Part shown: positions 58,882-64,000 of the stretch, piece after piece | Layout of the letters: each line of letters opens with the position of its first letter | Position numbering within the stretch: position 1 is the stretch's first letter | Assembly: GCA_965221905.1 (NCBI GenBank) | Contig: OZ244922.1 | Span: 3,328,001 to 3,392,000, forward strand | Origin: Chloroflexota bacterium | GTDB taxonomy: Bacteria; Chloroflexota; UBA11872; VXOZ01 | Length of the DNA: 64,000 nt | Reading direction: 5' to 3' | The notes under the pieces: generated by a model | Database searches by the model: none | Seen by the model: only the letters and a program-made list of their open reading frames with translations | What the model was told of the DNA's origin: nothing | Translations under genes and position numbers: made by a program

Positions 58882-59768
58882 GCCTTTGCTACCTCTACCT
58901 TGGCAAGCTCTTCCAGCGGCTTGACCACGGCCGTCTGGTCTTCGTCGGCCAGTCCCTGCGCGATTGCCTCTTCATAGACGAGTTGCGTGAGGTTGCTGAT
59001 AAGCAGCCGTACGCTGGCCTGCTGACCGAGCTGGGTGGCCAGACGCAAGTCTTTCACGAGGAGCTTGATGGCGAAGGCCGGGTCAAAATTGCGTTTCAGA
59101 ATGAAGTCCGGCATTGCGCGGTGCAGCATGCGGCTGTCGCCCATGGCGGTGCCGAGCACTTTGTAAGACACTTCGGGATCTACCCCGTTCTTGGCCCCCA
59201 GCACCATTGCTTCCGCAATGCCCGCCAGATTGATGCCCACGAGCAGTTGGTTCTGGAGCTTTACCACCGAGCCGGCGCCAAGGGGCCCGACGTGGAATAT
59301 GTTCTCGCCCATAGCCTGAAACAGTGTCTCCGCTTTAGCAAATGCGTCAGCCTCGCCGCCGGCCATGATCGCAAGCGTACCGGCCTCAGCTCCCATGGGG
59401 CCGCCGCTGATGGGGGCATCGATGAATTGGACCTGCTTTTCTGCCAGCGTGGCACCCACGCGCTGGGCCGTTGCCGGGTCAATAGTGCTGTGGTCTACGA
59501 AGACTTGTCCCGGTCGCGATCCGTGGATAGCGCCGGCATCTCCTAAGAAGACTTCCTCGACGTCTTCCGGCATCGAGATGCAGGAGAGCACGAAGTCTGC
59601 CTGCTCTGCCGCTTCTCGGGGGCTCTCCACGAGTGTGCCGCCGGCGGTGACGAACGCTTCCGCTTTGCTGCGCGTGCGGTTATAGACATAGACGTCATGG
59701 TCTGCCTTGCGGAGGTTGACCGCCATATGCATACCCATTGTGCCGAGACCGATAAAGGCAACCTTCAT
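58878..59768 (-). CDS. NAD-dependent beta-hydroxyacid dehydrogenase (3-hydroxyisobutyrate/tartronate semialdehyde reductase family)
   Basis: FIGLGTMG, YNRT, DAPISGG, GTLAIMAGG, KL.NQ, KDL. Confidence 0.92.
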   Translation of the reverse strand: MKVAFIGLGTMGMHMAVNLRKADHDVYVYNRTRSKAEAFVTAGGTLVESPREAAEQADFVLSCISMPEDVEEVFLGDAGAIHGSRPGQVFVDHSTIDPATAQRVGATLAEKQVQFIDAPISGGPMGAEAGTLAIMAGGEADAFAKAETLFQAMGENIFHVGPLGAGSVVKLQNQLLVGINLAGIAEAMVLGAKNGVDPEVSYKVLGTAMGDSRMLHRAMPDFILKRNFDPAFAIKLLVKDLRLATQLGQQASVRLLISNLTQLVYEEAIAQGLADEDQTAVVKPLEELAKVEVAKA

Positions 59769-60355
59769 TTCACATGTAGCTCCTCTTGTGTTGTTTGTGT
59801 TTTGGAATTTTGTGACCGGGCGCTATTCACGTCCCGTATTTTGCGAATACCGCTATACACGTACTCCGCTCCGGAGTAGACCGTCAGGATCAAGGCAAGC
59901 CAGAGGAGTATATCACTCACGAGGCTCTGCCAAAGGATGAGGACGAGGAGGGCGATAAAGGTGACGGCAGTCTTGAGCTTGCCGGCGCGACCCGCCGGTA
60001 TTGAGACGCCCTTTTCCGCTGCCTGCACTCGCAGGCCGGTTACCGCCATCTCGCGACTAACGACCACCGCCGCCCACCAGCCCGGTAAAAGTCCTACCTG
60101 CACGAGCGCGATCAATACCACTGTAACGAGGATTTTGTCGGCTACCAAGTCGAGCGATGCCCCAACCGCTGAGACGGTATCGCTGCGGCGAGCCACGAAG
60201 CCATCGAGCCAATCCGTTGCCGCCGCTACCGCGAGCAATGCTGCTGCCAGCCAATACAACTCCGTCTTGCCCTCGCCCCAGATGACAAGAAACATGATGA
60301 GGGGGGCAAGCACTATGCGCACGAGTGTCAACTGGTTGGCAATGCCAACGGGCAT
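59765..60355 (-). CDS. pgsA: CDP-diacylglycerol--glycerol-3-phosphate 3-phosphatidyltransferase
   Basis: ANQLTLVR, TDWLDGFVAR...G..LD..ADK, SRE..VTGLR, GKLKT. Confidence 0.92.
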   Translation of the reverse strand: MPVGIANQLTLVRIVLAPLIMFLVIWGEGKTELYWLAAALLAVAAATDWLDGFVARRSDTVSAVGASLDLVADKILVTVVLIALVQVGLLPGWWAAVVVSREMAVTGLRVQAAEKGVSIPAGRAGKLKTAVTFIALLVLILWQSLVSDILLWLALILTVYSGAEYVYSGIRKIRDVNSARSQNSKTQTTQEELHVK

Positions 60356-60914
60356 GAAGAAATCCTCTAGCAGTGCGGCACTCTGCCGCTCGCCGCATGG
60401 TTCTATCCTGGCTTCTCACGATACCGCTATTGAGGCGGCACGGCAACCCCGCGAGTGGGCGTGAGCGATCAGCGGCGCGTGTTTGGGCAACCGATAAGTC
60501 GCCAGGGCTCGGAATTCGCAACATCTCCGCACTGGCGCCAACCCGGTCGGCACGGCAAGCGCAAGGGGTGCAGGAGTTTCTTACTCACACACTTCGTAGG
60601 CAGGAGGCAATTTGGCTTTTGCTTATTCTCCGGTACCGGAGACACGGATTGGGACGATTTCGCGAGCGAACGCTACTGGCACCGGCAAGGGAACTCGGCA
60701 AGTCAGCACTCTCGGTCCAATAGATGCGCTGAACGGTTCGGAACATAGATGTGCAGAATGCGGACGGCGTCAGCATGACAACGCCATTTGTCTATATGAG
60801 CGAGCAATGTCTAGCGGCGCGTGCGCTTCTCATCCATTCCTGCCCGCATCACCGTGCCAGTCTGCTCGAAACTCGCAGTCATCCTTTTGCCAGGCGCTCT
60901 CTGACGCGCGGCCG

Positions 60915-61763
60915 CTATGGCGAGTATGGAACTAGCGTATCATTTATTCTGACGGTGAATTCTATTTCCCCATCTTCGGTCTCAACCGCCTCAAACAGCA
61001 CCGGGTCTTCGCTTTCTACCAATGGAGCAAGGTCCTGCTCGTTTACGGAGATTTCAACGCCGCCGGTGCGCCCAAAGAGTATGCCAATACCCTCCTCGGC
61101 GTTCCATGTCAGCGGATCCGTTCCCTGATCGGTTTCCGGCCCGATTATACCTACGAAGACGATAATGGCGTCGACGGTTACTTGGACCCAGACCTCCTGG
61201 TTTGTCGACCGCAGTGTTAAGTTAACTCCGGTGATGGGGCTGGGCGTTGGCAAAGGTGTCGGCGACGGGGTAGGAACCGGGGACGGGGTAACGAGCGGCG
61301 GTAGCTCGATCGACTGCTTCTCAGTGCTCGTTGGTGCCGCTTCGGTCTCATTCTCCGAGGCCACAGGCGCCGGCCCTGCCGACAAGAACTCCTGCCAGAC
61401 GAAATTAAGGATTATGCCAAGCGCAATTACGAGCACTATCGACCACAAGAGTTTGGAACTGAATATAGATGAATGTCGGCCCGGTTCATCCTGCGGGGCT
61501 GCAATTGAAAACTCGGTGCCTGCACGCTGTTGGTGGTCGAACTCTTCCAGAATCTCTTCTGGAATCAGTCCCAGGTACCGGGCGTAATTGAGCAGGAAGC
61601 CACGCGTGTAGACGGCTGCAGGAAGCGTATCGAAATCGTCATTTTCCAACGACTGCAAGGCAGAGCGGCGGATGCGCGTGGCCGCGGCAGCCTCTTCAAG
61701 CGAGACGCCTTTGGCTAAACGCGCCGCGCGCAGCCTATCGCCTAATCGCCGCGGCTCTTCCAT
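60915..61763 (-). CDS. rodZ: RodZ-like protein (HTH, TM, DUF4115)
   Basis: LGDRLRAAR...TRIR...LE...LP..VYTRGFL.NYARYLGL, a TM helix, WVQVTVD. Confidence 0.85.
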   Translation of the reverse strand: MEEPRRLGDRLRAARLAKGVSLEEAAAATRIRRSALQSLENDDFDTLPAAVYTRGFLLNYARYLGLIPEEILEEFDHQQRAGTEFSIAAPQDEPGRHSSIFSSKLLWSIVLVIALGIILNFVWQEFLSAGPAPVASENETEAAPTSTEKQSIELPPLVTPSPVPTPSPTPLPTPSPITGVNLTLRSTNQEVWVQVTVDAIIVFVGIIGPETDQGTDPLTWNAEEGIGILFGRTGGVEISVNEQDLAPLVESEDPVLFEAVETEDGEIEFTVRINDTLVPYSP

Positions 61764-62512
61764 GAACTTGCTCCACTATGGACCGGAAGCGCGCGCAACC
61801 GAGGTTCAGTTGCAGCGCTTTCGCTCCTATCGCCTAAGGATCATCAAGCCCTAGGACGATTCGTACCTTCCCCATCTTTATTGTACGAAATCTAGCCACT
61901 CTATGAACTTGCTCTCTGGCCTCAAAGTCGAAAAAACCGCAGGAACCACTACCCTTGCAACGCTGCACGGCGCCGGTTTTGAATCCCGGCCCAGCAACTC
62001 GTCCGCAATGGAAGGAGGCGTAACCGATGTGCCGAAAGCCTCCAAATTCTACATAAGGCACAAAACGGTATAATTTCAAAGGGTCCTGGAAAGTCCGAAC
62101 GCCTGGCATCTGCCTCACTCAACTGCGCCGCACGTGATACCTCTAACGGCAAGATATCCTTATGGAGTTTTGCAACGTGCTGCCTCACAAAAGGATAGCA
62201 GACTTTTACAACTGTTGCGTAGGAATCGCCCTGTAGCCTAGCGAGCATGTAACGGCCCTGCCGCAGGCCGGGAGGTAGTGTGGTTTGAAAGTATCCCACT
62301 TCTTCGATCCTAGCGGACTCACACAGCGCCACTTGTTAAATCATCAGGAACTAGCAGCGCGCCCATGAATAAACGTCGGCCCCATTGTTTCGACTTAGGT
62401 TCTTAATGGCATTCACACGTACAGGACACTTAACGAGCGCGCAGTTGATTTTTCTTTCTATTGCAATATTACCGTATATTACTTAGAGAAACGTGAAAAG
62501 GAGTGCGGCACT

Positions 62513-63361
62513 ATGGGCCCAATAGTTGACACCTGGATGCAACTTCCCACAGAGAAACTGCAGCGGGAAGCGAAGGTGCCCGTGCGCATCGTGCCTGACC
62601 GCCCGGCCCTCTACGCTGCCTTTGCCCGCGAAATTGCCGACGAGATAAAGGCCCATAACGCCGCCGGAAAGCCGACAGTCCTCATCTTGCCCGTGGGGCC
62701 GATCGGCCAGTTCTCGGTGCTTGCCGATATCTGCAACCGCGAGCGTATCTCATGGCACAATGTATGGACGTTCAACATGGACGAGTATTGTGATTGGGAA
62801 GGGCGCTCGATTCCGCTCGACCATCCGCTAAGCTTCGAGGGGTACATGCGCGGAAAATTCTTTGCACGGCTCGACCCCGACTTGCGCATACCGGACGACC
62901 ATGTTTTCTTTCCACGCATCGAGCGCATCGACGAGGTAAGTAATACCATCGCCGGGCTCGGCGGCGTGGACTCCTGCTACGGCGGGATCGGCATCCACGG
63001 CCACGTGGCCTTCAATGAGCCGCCCATCAGCCGCTTCTACCAGGTCACGCTGGAGGAATTTCGCCAATCGCGCACCCGCGTCCTGCCCCTGGCCCCGGAG
63101 ACGATGGTGATGAATTCCATCCGCCGCATGGGCGGCAACTTCTATACCTTCCCACCCATGGCAATTACTCTCGGCATGAAGGACATCCTGGAGTCGCGCC
63201 GCATCCGCCTCTACTGCGACGGCGGCGACTGGCAGAAAGCCATCCTGCGCATCTCCCTGCTCGGCGAGGTCTCCACCCACTACCCGGTCACGCTGCTCCA
63301 AGAACACCCGGACGCCCTAATCACCGCCGACGCCGAGACTGCTGCTCCGCTGGCAATCTAG
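62513..63361 (+). CDS. Glucosamine-6-phosphate isomerase/deaminase family protein (NagB-like)
   Basis: PVGP, FNMDEY, HPLSF, GGIGIHGHVAFNEP, AITLGMKDI. Confidence 0.85.
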   Translation: MGPIVDTWMQLPTEKLQREAKVPVRIVPDRPALYAAFAREIADEIKAHNAAGKPTVLILPVGPIGQFSVLADICNRERISWHNVWTFNMDEYCDWEGRSIPLDHPLSFEGYMRGKFFARLDPDLRIPDDHVFFPRIERIDEVSNTIAGLGGVDSCYGGIGIHGHVAFNEPPISRFYQVTLEEFRQSRTRVLPLAPETMVMNSIRRMGGNFYTFPPMAITLGMKDILESRRIRLYCDGGDWQKAILRISLLGEVSTHYPVTLLQEHPDALITADAETAAPLAI

Positions 63362-63400
63362 GGTGTGTCTGCGCCGCGTACTAAACTGGTCTGGTGGCAG

Positions 63401-64000
63401 CTATTGTCCGCTTATCCTTTCAAGCTCATTGAGAAAGCGGGCCGCGTAGGGAGACTTACAGCGCACCTTTACTGGATTTAGTTCTGCTAGTATTTCGAAA
63501 CTGTGTTTACCCTTGTTTTTGTAATACCCGCCTTTCTTAGTATCGCGAGTAGCCTGCTCTAATCTATTCTCGATGTCTCGTTTAGAAACTTGCTCAATTC
63601 TCTGATTCTTTGGAAGCACGTCTATGCGGAAGTCCTTGCCATAATACGACTTGAGCGCTTCCGGATCTGCCAGAAGCCAGGATTCCATCACTTGCACCAT
63701 CAAATGACATTGATGATCGGTTGCAACTCTAGGACGATTCCAGTTGTCAGGTGCTTCTTTCAGATGTTGCCATGGCTTGGCTCTTGTTGCCGGTGCCTTT
63801 ACTGGTCTCTCGGCATCAACTAGCAGAAATGCAACGCAGTCCCTATCAGCGAGACCAGCCTTGAAGTCTTCAAGAGCGTCCGTGCGTCTGCCACACGGAA
63901 CAATCTCAAACTTTCTTCCGTCTAATCCAGCTTCCTCAAGAAACTTCCGAAAACTTCTGCGACACGTCGGGTTCAGCGCCTTGCTACCGCCACCTTCTAC
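63401..64000 (-). CDS. DUF4276-like protein, 5' end beyond window
   Basis: Frame is open to the edge: VEGGGSKALNPTCRRSFRKFL..PCG.R...LLVDAE..MVQVMESWLLAD..Y.K.KHS. Low GC. Confidence 0.78.
   Translation of the reverse strand, partial: VEGGGSKALNPTCRRSFRKFLEEAGLDGRKFEIVPCGRRTDALEDFKAGLADRDCVAFLLVDAERPVKAPATRAKPWQHLKEAPDNWNRPRVATDHQCHLMVQVMESWLLADPEALKSYYGKDFRIDVLPKNQRIEQVSKRDIENRLEQATRDTKKGGYYKNKGKHSFEILAELNPVKVRCKSPYAARFLNELERISGQ

Noticed and set aside
61950-62000. tRNA T-arm-like CCGGTTTTGAATCCCGG
   Set aside because: No cloverleaf, D-arm or acceptor stem pairing could be built.
62085-62110. GGAAAGTCCG resembling the RNase P RNA P4 segment
   Set aside because: The other conserved RNase P regions are absent.

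Overview
A 64-kb, mostly GC-rich bacterial chromosomal window. A Chloroflexota origin is my inference from the gene set: rny-spoVS, an MqnL-type UbiD, Tat-lipoprotein solute-binding proteins and a secreted N-terminal domain I associate with Chloroflexi. Core genes (smc, rnc, acpP, accB, fabF, bioY, spoVS, rny, dapA, eda, udg, pgsA, rodZ) are mixed with many catabolic enzymes and a Liv-type ABC transporter lacking a binding protein. The main unusual structures are as follows. (1) A REP-associated tyrosine transposase (RAYT) truncated at the left edge and missed by the ORF track, plus three head-to-tail arrays of GTAG-type REPs (80-, 96- and 129-bp units), each with its own constant spacer. (2) Four tandem, mosaic solute-binding lipoprotein paralogs, three of which carry a copy of the rny promoter. 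(3) A three-gene Mrp/Hyf-like membrane module with degenerate charged residues and no catalytic partners. (4) Several MITE families, including a nested stack at ~45.8-46.5 kb. (5) An accessory stretch (42-50 kb) with an HNH-like nuclease, a BtrH-like protein and a low-GC type II restriction-modification pair. I found no tRNA, rRNA or CRISPR array. All family calls are by eye from motifs, not from database searches.
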